Source of the DNA: Anaerolineae bacterium
GTDB lineage: Bacteria > Chloroflexota > Anaerolineae > UBA7937 > B3-Chlor
DNA: 64,000 nt
Reading direction: 5' to 3'
NCBI GenBank assembly: GCA_034411995.1
Contig: DAOUME010000022.1
Location: 3,965-67,964, forward strand
Shown one piece after another: positions 1 to 9,262 of the stretch. How positions within the stretch are numbered: the first letter of the stretch is position 1; the number at the start of each line of letters is the position of its first letter. The translations under genes were made by a program, and so were the position numbers. The notes below the pieces were generated by a model, which saw only the letters and a list, made by a program, of their open reading frames with translations, was not told the origin of the DNA and did not search any database.

Positions 1-8
1 CTGACCCC

Positions 9-389
9 TTGCCTCCCGTATGGGGACTAGCGAATCAACTGAAGCAAGTCTTCCTCAACATCATCATCAACGCCGTGGAAGCGATGCCTGGGGGAGGCGA
101 TCTGCACATCGATACGGATGGGGACGAAGAACGGGGCGAGGTAAGTGTGAGCTTCACCGACACGGGTGCGGGTATCCCCCTCTCGGAACTCGGCAACATC
201 TTCGATCCCTTCTTCACCTCAAAGCCCAAGGGTACGGGGCTCGGCCTTTCTATCAGCCACGGCATCATTGAGAGACACGGAGGGAGGATCGAGGTCAAGA
301 GCGAGGCCGGCAAAGGGTCCACGTTCACCGTACATCTTCCCACTCAGGCGCGGAGCCTACACGCGAACGCAATTTCTCCGGCTCGGTGA
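9..389 (+). CDS. Sensor histidine kinase, C-terminal HATPase_c fragment (5-prime end cut by window edge)
   Basis: Translation contains the G-box motifs GTGLGLSISHGIIERHGGRIEVKSEAGKGSTFTVHLP typical of the HATPase_c domain of histidine kinases; the ORF runs from the window start. Confidence 0.8.
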   Translation: MPPVWGLANQLKQVFLNIIINAVEAMPGGGDLHIDTDGDEERGEVSVSFTDTGAGIPLSELGNIFDPFFTSKPKGTGLGLSISHGIIERHGGRIEVKSEAGKGSTFTVHLPTQARSLHANAISPAR

Positions 390-597
390 GCAGCATGATC
401 CACGAGCGTTGCAGCACGAGCGCGCAGTTGTTGACAACTGCGAGAAAAGGTGATATACTACACTGGCAAGGCCCTCGCGTCTGCAACCACGTTGGTCCCT
501 TGTCTTGCCGAGGGGAGTTAGTCAGCAGGTCAGCTTCTGTGGAGATGGAATAGGGGGCTGGCCTTTTTTGCATTCGGGTAGATGACGAGGGGAGGGC

Positions 598-1203
598 ATG
601 AGAAGACAGGCCGTTTCTTCACTGTCGGGGGAGTACCTGGAAGCCATCAGCAGGAGGCTGAAAGAACTGCTTGTCGATGCCGATGCGGCGTCCGTGGTCA
701 TGGTCGACACCATGGGCCAGGTCATCGCGCAGGCCGGAGAAGTCGGCGATCTCGACATCACCACCGTCGTTTCGCTCCTGGCAGCCAGCTTCGCCACCAC
801 CTCGGAAATGTCACGTCAATTGAAGGAGGCGCGCAGGACGTTCAACCTCACCTTCCACGAAGGAGAGAGGTATGACATCTATGCGTCCAACATCGCCAGC
901 GGTCTGTTCCTGGTCCTGATTTTCGACAGGCATGCCTATGCTCCCAAGATCGGGATGGTCTGGCTGTACATCAAGCGGAGCATTCAGGACCTGCTGCGCA
1001 TCGTGGCCGAGACAGACGCCGCAAGGCCCAAGGAGACCCTGACCTCTGACTTCGCCAAGTCCCTTAGCAGCGAGCTGGATAACCTCTTCCAGGATAGAAA
1101 AGCGCCAGCGCCACCGAGTGGCAAATGGGAGGAGGAACAGATGCAGGACCTGATCCGTTGGCGAACCAGAGGCCCGCAAGGGTCCACGAAAGGGGAGGGG
1201 TAG
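598..1203 (+). CDS. Roadblock/LC7 (MglB-like) domain protein with C-terminal extension
   Basis: N-terminal about 120 aa with the Roadblock/LC7 pattern (VVMVDTMGQVIAQAGEV...); GGGAGGG RBS directly upstream of the ATG. Confidence 0.65.
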   Translation: MRRQAVSSLSGEYLEAISRRLKELLVDADAASVVMVDTMGQVIAQAGEVGDLDITTVVSLLAASFATTSEMSRQLKEARRTFNLTFHEGERYDIYASNIASGLFLVLIFDRHAYAPKIGMVWLYIKRSIQDLLRIVAETDAARPKETLTSDFAKSLSSELDNLFQDRKAPAPPSGKWEEEQMQDLIRWRTRGPQGSTKGEG

Positions 1204-1893
1204 ATGCCGCTCGAGGGAAACCTGCGGGAGCTAAGCCTGACGAACATCATCCAGTTGAACTGCAACGAAATGAACACCGCCACAGTGGTTCTGATGCACG
1301 AAGGCAGGGAGGGCATCGTCTGCTTCTCAGATGGAGCGGTCGTGCACGCTGCCGTGGAGGACCTGGTCGGTGAGGAGGCTGTCTACGAACTCCTCGCCTG
1401 GCCGGACGGGTCTTTCGTCGTGCACCAGGGACAGGCGGCGCCGGAGAGAACCATCTCAGGCAATTGGAACACCCTTCTTCTCGAGGGTATTCGCCGACTG
1501 GATGAAGGCGAGAGCGTGACGTGGGACAAGGTGGAGGCGGAACCCGCCACGGCCTCATCCGATCAGGGTGATGACATGACCAGACTCGCTCACGATCTGA
1601 AGATGATAGGCGGTGTGGAAGGGACGGTCATCATCTCCCACGACGGAGTGGTCTTCGCCAGTGACATCGATGGCAACCCTGAGAAAGAGGGTGCGGTCGC
1701 TGTGTTCGTGGGCAATGCGGCCAAGGAAGCAGGGGAAATGATGGAGCTTGCCCCGTTCGACTGGGGACTGATTACCATGGGCAAAGACAGAATGCTGGTC
1801 ATGGAACGGCCCAGGTTCTTCGTCGGCCTGGCCTTGGGCGAGAAGGCGTCACCGGCCCTGGTGAGCGCCGAGGCAGCGAAAATTCTGGGATAG
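1204..1893 (+). CDS. DUF4388 plus Roadblock/LC7 two-domain protein
   Basis: N-terminal LRELSLTNIIQLNCNE...GAVVHAA...YELLAWPDGSFVV resembles DUF4388; the C-terminal half (TVIISHDGVVFASDIDG) is Roadblock-like. The start overlaps the stop of the upstream gene (TAGATG). Confidence 0.6.
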   Translation: MPLEGNLRELSLTNIIQLNCNEMNTATVVLMHEGREGIVCFSDGAVVHAAVEDLVGEEAVYELLAWPDGSFVVHQGQAAPERTISGNWNTLLLEGIRRLDEGESVTWDKVEAEPATASSDQGDDMTRLAHDLKMIGGVEGTVIISHDGVVFASDIDGNPEKEGAVAVFVGNAAKEAGEMMELAPFDWGLITMGKDRMLVMERPRFFVGLALGEKASPALVSAEAAKILG

Positions 1894-1909
1894 AAACGGA
1901 GGGAGGCCC

Positions 1910-3070
1910 GTGGAACAACTCTTGGCTGACATCAATGCTGTGGCTGGCGTGAAGGGGTCCTTCGTATGCGACGTAGACGGCGCGATAGTGGCGCGAGCCC
2001 TACCCGCATCCCTCGATGAGACCAGAATCCTGCCTGCCGCTCGTACCATTCTGCAAACCATCGACGGATTGGAAACCACCAGACGGCGCAAGGTCCAGGA
2101 ATTGGACATACTCTTTCGCGACGCACGGATGGTCGTCAAGAACCTGCGTGTAGGCTGCCTGTACGTCGTCTGCGCGCGCAACATCAATGTCCCCCTGCTG
2201 AACTTGACGGCCAACCTGTCGGCGAAGAAGCTGGCCGAGATGCTGAAGGAGCCAGAGTCGGAAACCGCCGGCCCTCCAGCGGTAGCAGTGGCCGCGGAGA
2301 AAGCCGCAACGCTCGAGGAGGTCCCCACCGGAGACCCCTCCGTCTTGCTGCTGGCGCGGGCCCACGAGCTCATCGGCGCTGCCTCGCGGAGAGGTATCTG
2401 TCTGCGCCTCCTGGGAGGCATGGCCGTCAAGGCCACGTGTGGGAGCGCGGCCAGCATTTCCCTGCCACCGGAGGGACTCGACCTGGATCTCGCCGCCTAT
2501 GGCAAGGATCGCAAGCAACTGGAACTCGTCATGGAGGAGCTGGGTTATGATCCTCAGCGACGCTTCAACGCCCTGCACGGGCACAGACGCCTCAAGTACT
2601 TTAACGAGGAGCAGGGCCTTGGGCTGGACGTGTTCGTCGATACCTTCCACATGTGTCACCAACTGCCCTTCAGCGATCGCCTGGAGATGAGCGAGTTCAC
2701 GCTGCCCATGGCCGATCTGTTGCTGTCCAAGCTGCAGATAGTGCAGATGGGAGAGAATGACCTTAGAGACATCTACGCCATCTTATGTGATCACGAACTC
2801 GGGCACCTGGGAGACGTGGACAGCGTGGAAGCCAGCTACATCGGCTCCATCTGCAGCGATGACTGGGGCTGGTACAAGACGATCACCCTGAACCTGACCA
2901 AGAGTATAGAGTTGGTAGATGACTTCCTGGCAGACGAGGAGAGGGAGGTTTACGTATCCCGCGCCCGTCAACTCATGCAAGTCATCGAGGCGGTGCCCAA
3001 GTCGCTCCGCTGGCAGGCCAGGGCAAGGATTGGCGAGGCCAGGCGCTGGTACGACTTGCCTGAAGAGTAG
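1910..3070 (+). CDS. Roadblock-like N-terminal domain fused to an uncharacterised C-terminal domain (nucleotidyltransferase-like GG..GS..DLDL motif)
   Basis: GTG start with GGAGGGAGG RBS. The first about 120 aa are Roadblock-like (SFVCDVDGAIVARALP). The C-terminal about 250 aa contain LLGGMAVKATCGSAAS...LDLDL, a possible Pol-beta-like NTase signature; the domain assignment is uncertain. Confidence 0.45.
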   Translation: MEQLLADINAVAGVKGSFVCDVDGAIVARALPASLDETRILPAARTILQTIDGLETTRRRKVQELDILFRDARMVVKNLRVGCLYVVCARNINVPLLNLTANLSAKKLAEMLKEPESETAGPPAVAVAAEKAATLEEVPTGDPSVLLLARAHELIGAASRRGICLRLLGGMAVKATCGSAASISLPPEGLDLDLAAYGKDRKQLELVMEELGYDPQRRFNALHGHRRLKYFNEEQGLGLDVFVDTFHMCHQLPFSDRLEMSEFTLPMADLLLSKLQIVQMGENDLRDIYAILCDHELGHLGDVDSVEASYIGSICSDDWGWYKTITLNLTKSIELVDDFLADEEREVYVSRARQLMQVIEAVPKSLRWQARARIGEARRWYDLPEE

Positions 3071-3094
3071 CGACCAACTGATGGAGATGGCAAG

Positions 3095-3577
3095 ATGCAG
3101 CATCTGAATCCCCCAGACGAGCTTTTCGTCCGCATGGATGACTGCCTCGAGCGGCTCCTCGATCGGAGCCGGGCAGTCTGCGTACTACTGGCCGACATCA
3201 GCGGACAGTTGATCGTACAAAGAGGCAAGGACACCAGATTGGACACCTCGGCGCTGGCAGCCGTCACCGCCAGCAACATGGCAGCGACCGAGGAGATGGC
3301 CAGGCAGATAGGTGAGCCTGCACCTTTTTCCTACCTCTTCCACGAGGGGACCAGGCGGAGCATCTACGTCTCGGCCGTCGGCAAGACTTTTCTGCTGGTG
3401 ATCGTCTTTGACGAGATGTCACAAGTGGGGTTGGTGCGCATCTTCGCCAGGCTCGCGGTGAACGAACTGCTGGAGGTCACCACCGAGCTCGAGCCCTGGT
3501 TGGAGAAGGCAGGTTCGGTGGTGGATCGCGACTTCGGTGGGGCACTGGCCGACCAACTGGACAAAGCGTTCATCTGA
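3095..3577 (+). CDS. Roadblock/LC7 domain protein
   Basis: AVCVLLADISGQLIVQRGKD...SYLFHEGTRRSIYVSAVGKTFLLVIVFD fits the Roadblock/LC7 fold; GGAG RBS. Confidence 0.7.
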   Translation: MQHLNPPDELFVRMDDCLERLLDRSRAVCVLLADISGQLIVQRGKDTRLDTSALAAVTASNMAATEEMARQIGEPAPFSYLFHEGTRRSIYVSAVGKTFLLVIVFDEMSQVGLVRIFARLAVNELLEVTTELEPWLEKAGSVVDRDFGGALADQLDKAFI

Positions 3578-3613
3578 TCGAGAGGAACCACGGCCTTTGC
3601 CGTGGAGTGCACC

Positions 3614-4186
3614 ATGTTCGTCAACTGGAAGATGCGCGAGATCAACCTCAAAGTGGTGTACTACGGGCCGGCCCTCAGCGGCAAGACTACCAACCTGGAG
3701 TACATCTACAGCCGAACCAACCCAGAGCTCAGGGGAGAGCTCATCTCCCTCAAGACCCGCGGTGATCGCACGGTGTACTTCGATTTCATGCAGCTTGAGC
3801 TAGGGCGGATCAAGGGACTCAAGCCCAAGTTCAACCTCTACACCGTGCCCGGGCAGCCCTGCTACATAGCCAGTCGAAGACTGGTTCTCCAGGGTGCGGA
3901 CGGTGTGGTCTACGTGGCCGATTCCCAATTGAACCGACTCAAGGCCAACATAGATACGATGCGGAGCCTGCACCAGAACCTTCAGACCCTGGGGTTCGAT
4001 CCGCGCGACTTTCCCCTGGTGATGCAGTACAATAAGCGGGATCTGCCCAGCATAGCGCCCGTCGCCCTTCTGCGGATGCAGCTAGCCCACGACGGCGTCC
4101 CGCAGTTCCAATCGGTAGCCACCGAGGGCGTCGGCGTTCTGGAGACACTGAAGGCCGCCATCAACTTGGTAGTTTCCAGGCTGTAG
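3614..4186 (+). CDS. mglA: MglA-like Ras-superfamily small GTPase
   Basis: REINLKVVYYGPALSGKTTNLEYIY (P-loop), DRTVYFDF, and the NKRD G4 motif (MQYNKRDL) are typical of the MglA / conservon CvnD-like GTPase family. The ORF was trimmed to the ATG at 3614, which has a GGAG RBS. Confidence 0.75.
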   Translation: MFVNWKMREINLKVVYYGPALSGKTTNLEYIYSRTNPELRGELISLKTRGDRTVYFDFMQLELGRIKGLKPKFNLYTVPGQPCYIASRRLVLQGADGVVYVADSQLNRLKANIDTMRSLHQNLQTLGFDPRDFPLVMQYNKRDLPSIAPVALLRMQLAHDGVPQFQSVATEGVGVLETLKAAINLVVSRL

Positions 4187-4191
4187 GAAGA

Positions 4192-4572
4192 ATGCCCAAG
4201 ATACCCTTCGAAGAGACCCTGGAGAGAATCAACCGCGAAGGCAAGTTCGAGGCCTCGGTGCTCGCCACCCACGACGGCCTGCCCATCGCCACCGCACCCT
4301 CGGACTACGACACCGAGATCACGGCCGCCATGGTGGCCCTGCTGAGAAGTGCGGCACAGCAGACTCAGGTCCAGGTGGGATTGGCTGCGGTGGACGAAGT
4401 CTCCATCAGGTCCTCCGATCACATACGGCTGGTGTGCCGCTCTTTCCAGGTGGACGGCGAGGATTTCATCCTGGCGGTCGTGGTGCCCGCCGAGCAACGC
4501 TACTACAGGCAGCTCACCAACCGGGCGATCAAGGAGCTCAGAACAGCCTGGCGCGCCATGGTCCGGGCTTGA
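4192..4572 (+). CDS. Roadblock/LC7 (MglB-like) protein immediately downstream of the GTPase
   Basis: 126 aa, Roadblock pattern (ASVLATHDGLPIATAPS...); classic MglA-MglB gene pairing. Confidence 0.7.
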   Translation: MPKIPFEETLERINREGKFEASVLATHDGLPIATAPSDYDTEITAAMVALLRSAAQQTQVQVGLAAVDEVSIRSSDHIRLVCRSFQVDGEDFILAVVVPAEQRYYRQLTNRAIKELRTAWRAMVRA

Positions 4573-5187
4573 CGGCCCGCGCACTCGACGAAGTTGCGGT
4601 ATCCGGGTGCACGCTGGATATCTCTCCGGTTTCTTCGTCCGTTCGAGGCCACTGGCGGGGATCCCGAGAGCAAGCCCGGCGCCGGACCGCCAGGACCACG
4701 GACTACCAGCCCGACTCGTCGTACCTGCCCCTGGCCGCAGCCAATCACACCAGGCAGACGTGCCTTCTTTCAGTCCGATCCTTCTCGCCCATGTAGCCCT
4801 CGCTGACGATCAGCATACGATTCTGGCACTGATCGTCTTCCTCGCACCTCGCTGGTCGGTTTTCGGATCGTGCGCCCCCTCCGCAGGGAAAGCGGAGTAG
4901 TGGTTGGGCTTCCACCCTCCTGGAAGCGAAGTCCCACGCGCCGCAACGGACACCCCCTCGTCTGGAGCGACGTGGGCGCGGCTCACGCTGGTCACCCTGA
5001 CGGGGAGTCGCAGAGGCTCCCCTTCACGGCCTGACGCCGAAGATGGCCCAGGGCTACCAGTTCCCGAAAGGGAGAGGTCCCCCGGTGTTCGACCGAGGGA
5101 CCTCTGGCGATGGCGTCTAGCCTTGAGTCTGGCAGCGCACCGCCACGGCGGATGCCCACGGCGCGCCTGGCGGTCTGAGCTTTTGCG

Positions 5188-5856
5188 TCACTCCCCCACC
5201 GCCGTCTCCGTGGCTCTCGGCGTGGAGACAGCACCAGGGGTGGCGGGCTCTGCGCTCACCGTCGGTCCCGGTGTATCGGTGGGTGTGGGCGTGGGTTTCT
5301 CGGGCGGCTCGCTGATCAGCCGCTCCAGATCCCCGATGGCGGAGGAGGCCACCAGATAGACTTCGCTGCCCCCTTCTCTTTGTACGTAACTGGAGTAACC
5401 AGCGGGGTTCTTGTTCCCGACCAGGAGTACCTGGCTGCCACCGTCTGCCAGGCCAACCTCCACGCGCAGGGCCGGTTCGGCGAGACCGAAGGCCTCCAGA
5501 TCCACATCCTCCCCCTCCACGACTCTCGTGGACTGCATCTGCGACAGGCTCCCCAGGAGCCCCTCAATCCGCGTCGCATCCGCCTCGGCCTCGAGAGGCG
5601 CGGTCAAACGCCACATCCCCTCCGCAAGCCTCCGGACCATCACCGATTCGCTGCTCCTCTGATCGGTCACCTCCAGCGTTACGGCGTCTTCCACTTCGAA
5701 AGAAAACACGGGTACTCTACCCTCTTCCTCGGGCGCCGTCTCCTGGCCGCCCCTCATCTCCAGCACGAAGACCAGTGCCGCCAGGACCACGAAGACGGCC
5801 ACCACTATGATCGTAGTTCGCTGGTGTAATCTCATCGCTGTTACCTTCGCCTCCAC
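5188..5856 (-). CDS. DUF4340 domain protein (accessory component of GldG-type ABC systems)
   Basis: N-terminal TM helix, central DUF4340-like region and a Pro/Thr-rich C-terminal tail; co-oriented with and overlapping the GldG-like gene. The start could be the internal Met (MRLHQ...). Confidence 0.55.
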   Translation of the reverse strand: MEAKVTAMRLHQRTTIIVVAVFVVLAALVFVLEMRGGQETAPEEEGRVPVFSFEVEDAVTLEVTDQRSSESVMVRRLAEGMWRLTAPLEAEADATRIEGLLGSLSQMQSTRVVEGEDVDLEAFGLAEPALRVEVGLADGGSQVLLVGNKNPAGYSSYVQREGGSEVYLVASSAIGDLERLISEPPEKPTPTPTDTPGPTVSAEPATPGAVSTPRATETAVGE

Positions 5857-7373
5857 CAGACCACGGCGCCGACCAGCAGGATTGCCGCCGGCAAGAAGAT
5901 GACGCTGGAGTACTGCAAGAAACGAGCTTGCCCAGGGGACAGGACCAGGACGCGAGACACGGGCGGCTTCGGCCTTATGGAAATCAGCTCCTCTTCCTCA
6001 GCCAACCAGTTCACGCTATTGAGGAAGAGATCGCTGTTTCCTCCCAGCGTCAGGCTGGAGTTGCCGGCAAAATCCGAGTCTCCAAAGACCACCAGGCGCG
6101 TCCCCACGGTCGCCTCTCCTTCGCCCTGAGCCTCCACGCCCATGGCCATGGACAGCGGTCCCGCGGTGTCTGCGCCAACGTCGTACCGGGCTTCCTGCCG
6201 GCGCAGCGCCTCAAAGTCGGTTTCTCCCCAGCTCCCCTCACTGGATTCCACGAGGGCGAGCGCCGTCACCCCCTCCGGCTGCTCCACCGTGCGGGTAATC
6301 GACCTCGCCGTACTCAGCACCACGCCGGGCAAGTCCCGTGTGATTTCGCTGAACCGGAAGCTATCGACCACGGGCGACAGCGGATCGACGCCGAAAAGCC
6401 CTCGCTCAGGATCTATGACCACGTCATCCTCGTACTCCACACCCCACTCGCCCAGCACCTCGCTCAGGGCCGGTTCCTGCCCAGGTTCTTGCATGATCAG
6501 TGCCTTTCCCCCCTGCTGCAAGTAAGCGCTGATAGCCTCGCTCTCCTGCTCCAGCAAGGGAGTGCTGGGCGCCGCCACCACCAGGACAGATGCATCGACG
6601 GGAACGGTGCTGCTGATCGCCAGATTCAGCGTATTGACGACGTAGTTATCTCGCTCCAGGGCATCCCGGATCTCACTGTAGTCAGACTGATCGTACCCAC
6701 CCGGGTCGCGCTCACCGTGTCCGGTGAGGAAGTAGACGACCTTCTGCGAGTCTCGCGATACCTTCAGAAGGGCCCCGGTGATCTCCTGCTCGTCCACCGT
6801 CAAGCTGTCCTGTCTTCTCCCCGCGCACTCGAAGACGATCGTGCCGTATGACGTGATACCATACTGTTGAGCCACAAAGGGCTGCACGTCGGGATCCACG
6901 ACCTCATACGTGATCTTGTCCGTATGGTACACATACTCGGCCAGCAGGTCATCCAGTTCCTGCTGCGCGGGATCGCCCTGCACGAAGAAGGCCGTCACCT
7001 TCACAGGCTCAGTGAGATCAGACAAGATCTGCATCGTCTCAGGCGACAGCGTATAATCCTGAAACTCCGTCAGATCCAGACGTCGATGATGTCGATCCCC
7101 CAGGAAATTGAGGAGAACCAGTATGCCCAGGAAAGCTACGATGGCGATGCCAATGTTGGAGCCATACCTGGCCGCACGCCCAGTGATGGCAGACCTCAAG
7201 GCGTCCGGCCTGGCCGCCACGGACGCCACCAGCAGGATGGCACCCAGCCCCAACAACGCCTCCACGCGCAGGTCCAGCTCTTGGGTCAGTAGATACAGAA
7301 TCACCGCCAAGGTCAGAATAGCCAGCCCGGCGATGCCACCAGGAATAGCCAGGCGTTTCCACCAACCGCGCAT
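5841..7373 (-). CDS. GldG-like ABC transporter auxiliary/substrate-binding component
   Basis: 510 aa with N- and C-terminal TM segments and a large extracytoplasmic domain; lies in the conserved GldA-GldF-GldG order. Confidence 0.6.
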   Translation of the reverse strand: MRGWWKRLAIPGGIAGLAILTLAVILYLLTQELDLRVEALLGLGAILLVASVAARPDALRSAITGRAARYGSNIGIAIVAFLGILVLLNFLGDRHHRRLDLTEFQDYTLSPETMQILSDLTEPVKVTAFFVQGDPAQQELDDLLAEYVYHTDKITYEVVDPDVQPFVAQQYGITSYGTIVFECAGRRQDSLTVDEQEITGALLKVSRDSQKVVYFLTGHGERDPGGYDQSDYSEIRDALERDNYVVNTLNLAISSTVPVDASVLVVAAPSTPLLEQESEAISAYLQQGGKALIMQEPGQEPALSEVLGEWGVEYEDDVVIDPERGLFGVDPLSPVVDSFRFSEITRDLPGVVLSTARSITRTVEQPEGVTALALVESSEGSWGETDFEALRRQEARYDVGADTAGPLSMAMGVEAQGEGEATVGTRLVVFGDSDFAGNSSLTLGGNSDLFLNSVNWLAEEEELISIRPKPPVSRVLVLSPGQARFLQYSSVIFLPAAILLVGAVVWWRRR

Positions 7374-8084
7374 CTACCTCCACCTCCTCAACTGCAACAT
7401 CTGTACCGACAAGAAGAGAAACCCAGCGGTAGCGCTGAGGTAGAAGATGACGTCTTTGGTATCCACGATACCCCTGAGGAAATCGAAGTAGTGAGCGGAC
7501 ATCGAAAGGTAAGCCACGACATCACCCACAGGAGGGCCAAAGAGGCTTCCTGCGACGTCCACCAGCCAGAGGATGAGCATCGCTCCAAAGGCCAGCAAGG
7601 CTGCCACTACCTGATTTCGACTCAAGGAAGACGTAAACAGCCCAATAGACAAGAACGTCGCCCCCAGCAACGCCAGACCCACATATCCGCCGATGATGGC
7701 ACCTCGATCGGGATTACCGAGGCTGATCATGAGGAGCGGGTAGTATAGAGTCAGGGCCAGCATGACCCCGTAGACACCCAGACCGGCCAGGAACTTGCCC
7801 AGGACCACCTCCCAGTCCCTGACGGGCAGGGTGAGCAACAACTCGATGGTGCCTGACCTCTGTTCTTCGGCCAACAGTCGCATGGTCAGCGCGGGGGTCA
7901 CGAACAGCAAGGTGACCGCCATGTTGGCAAAGACTCCCCTCAGCGAGGCCTCTCGGGTATAGTAGACGATCAGCGAGAAGAAGAACCCCATGATCGCCAG
8001 AAAGGCAGCGATCACCACGTAGGCGATGGGGGATGCAAAATAGGCGTGCAGCTCTTTGCGGGCGATGACGACCATGTTCCTCAT
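7374..8084 (-). CDS. ABC-2 family permease (GldF-like)
   Basis: 236 aa, six predicted TM helices; stop/start abutting the upstream ATPase gene. Confidence 0.7.
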   Translation of the reverse strand: MRNMVVIARKELHAYFASPIAYVVIAAFLAIMGFFFSLIVYYTREASLRGVFANMAVTLLFVTPALTMRLLAEEQRSGTIELLLTLPVRDWEVVLGKFLAGLGVYGVMLALTLYYPLLMISLGNPDRGAIIGGYVGLALLGATFLSIGLFTSSLSRNQVVAALLAFGAMLILWLVDVAGSLFGPPVGDVVAYLSMSAHYFDFLRGIVDTKDVIFYLSATAGFLFLSVQMLQLRRWR

Positions 8085-9026
8085 TTAGGCAGCCTCCTCT
8101 CCCTTGTGCGCTTCCTCTTCCGTGGTCAACCTCAGGAAGATGTCTTCCAGCGTGAGCCCCAGCGGGCGCAGCTCCAGCAAGCCCCAACCCTGCTGAACCA
8201 CCAGAGAGGAGATCTCGGCACGGGGGTCCAGTCCGGCGCCGCACGCGACCACGTACTGGCCGTCTCCGCTGGTCTCCACGCCCGTCACACCCTCTATGGC
8301 GCCCACGAGTCTCACCACGTCTGGAGATGGATCCCGCACCTGAACCAGGACACGCCGAGCCTGCTCGAGCTTCGATCCCAACTCCTCGGGAGTGCCCTCA
8401 GCGGCTATCTCCCCCTCGTTGATGATCACCAACCGATTGCAGACCTCGCTGGCCTCGGGAAGGATGTGGGTACTGAGAATGACAGTGTGACTTCCTCCCA
8501 GACCCTTGATCAGTTGCCGCACCTCGCGGATCTGTCTGGGATCCAACCCGATGGTTGGCTCATCGAGGATGAGCACCTGGGGATCGTGGACCAGAGCCTG
8601 GGCCAACCCCACTCGCTGGCGATAGCCCTTGGAAAGTCTGCCGATCAAGGCGCCTGCGAAGTCGGTGAGATCGCACGTATCCATGATCTCCTCGATGCGC
8701 CGGCGACCATCGCTCACGTGGCGAATGCTGGCCACGAAGCTCAGGTACGAGGACACCGTCATCTCCGGGTAGAGAGGGACCATCTCGGGCATGTATCCGA
8801 TGCGCTTCCTCACCTCGAGAGAATCCTCCCAGACGTCGAACCCGGCGACGCGGGCCGTTCCAGCGCTGGGAGGCATGAAGGCAGTGAGAATGCGCATCGT
8901 GGTGGTCTTGCCCGCCGCGTTGGGACCCAGGAAAGCCAGGATCTCGCCGTCCTCGACTCGAAAACTCACGTCCTTGATCGCTGCGAAGCTCCCATAGTAC
9001 TTGGTGAGGCCCTCAACCTCTATCAT
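8085..9026 (-). CDS. ABC transporter ATP-binding protein (GldA-like)
   Basis: Walker A GPNAAGKTT, signature LSKGYRQRVGLAQAL, Walker B LILDEPT. The start was moved to the internal ATG (MIEVEGLTKYYG), which has a GGAGGA RBS. Confidence 0.8.
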   Translation of the reverse strand: MIEVEGLTKYYGSFAAIKDVSFRVEDGEILAFLGPNAAGKTTTMRILTAFMPPSAGTARVAGFDVWEDSLEVRKRIGYMPEMVPLYPEMTVSSYLSFVASIRHVSDGRRRIEEIMDTCDLTDFAGALIGRLSKGYRQRVGLAQALVHDPQVLILDEPTIGLDPRQIREVRQLIKGLGGSHTVILSTHILPEASEVCNRLVIINEGEIAAEGTPEELGSKLEQARRVLVQVRDPSPDVVRLVGAIEGVTGVETSGDGQYVVACGAGLDPRAEISSLVVQQGWGLLELRPLGLTLEDIFLRLTTEEEAHKGEEAA

Positions 9027-9262
9027 CTTTATCCTCCACTGGTGCTGGCCAGTCCTCAAATAGAGTGAAAGCACAAGGCTCGGCTCTCCGTCGCGTCACC
9101 ATGTGCTTCCCACCATGCGTTCTGTCAGCGCCGATATTACGGCACAAGCGGCACAGTGTCAAGTCACCAACAACTCAGGGTACCTCCGTCCTTCGGGGCG
9201 ATGGTCGAAATAGTATGCCCACCGCGGTGCGGGGCATCGGCCGCTCCGGGTCATCAGGGATC

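Noticed and set aside
4573-5187. tmRNA, RNase P RNA or SRP RNA in the long non-coding gap
   Set aside because: Could not find the tmRNA tag/ALAA-type ORF or T-arm, the RNase P GGAAAGUCCGGGCUCC P4 motif, or the SRP domain IV motif on either strand; left as an unclassified candidate only.
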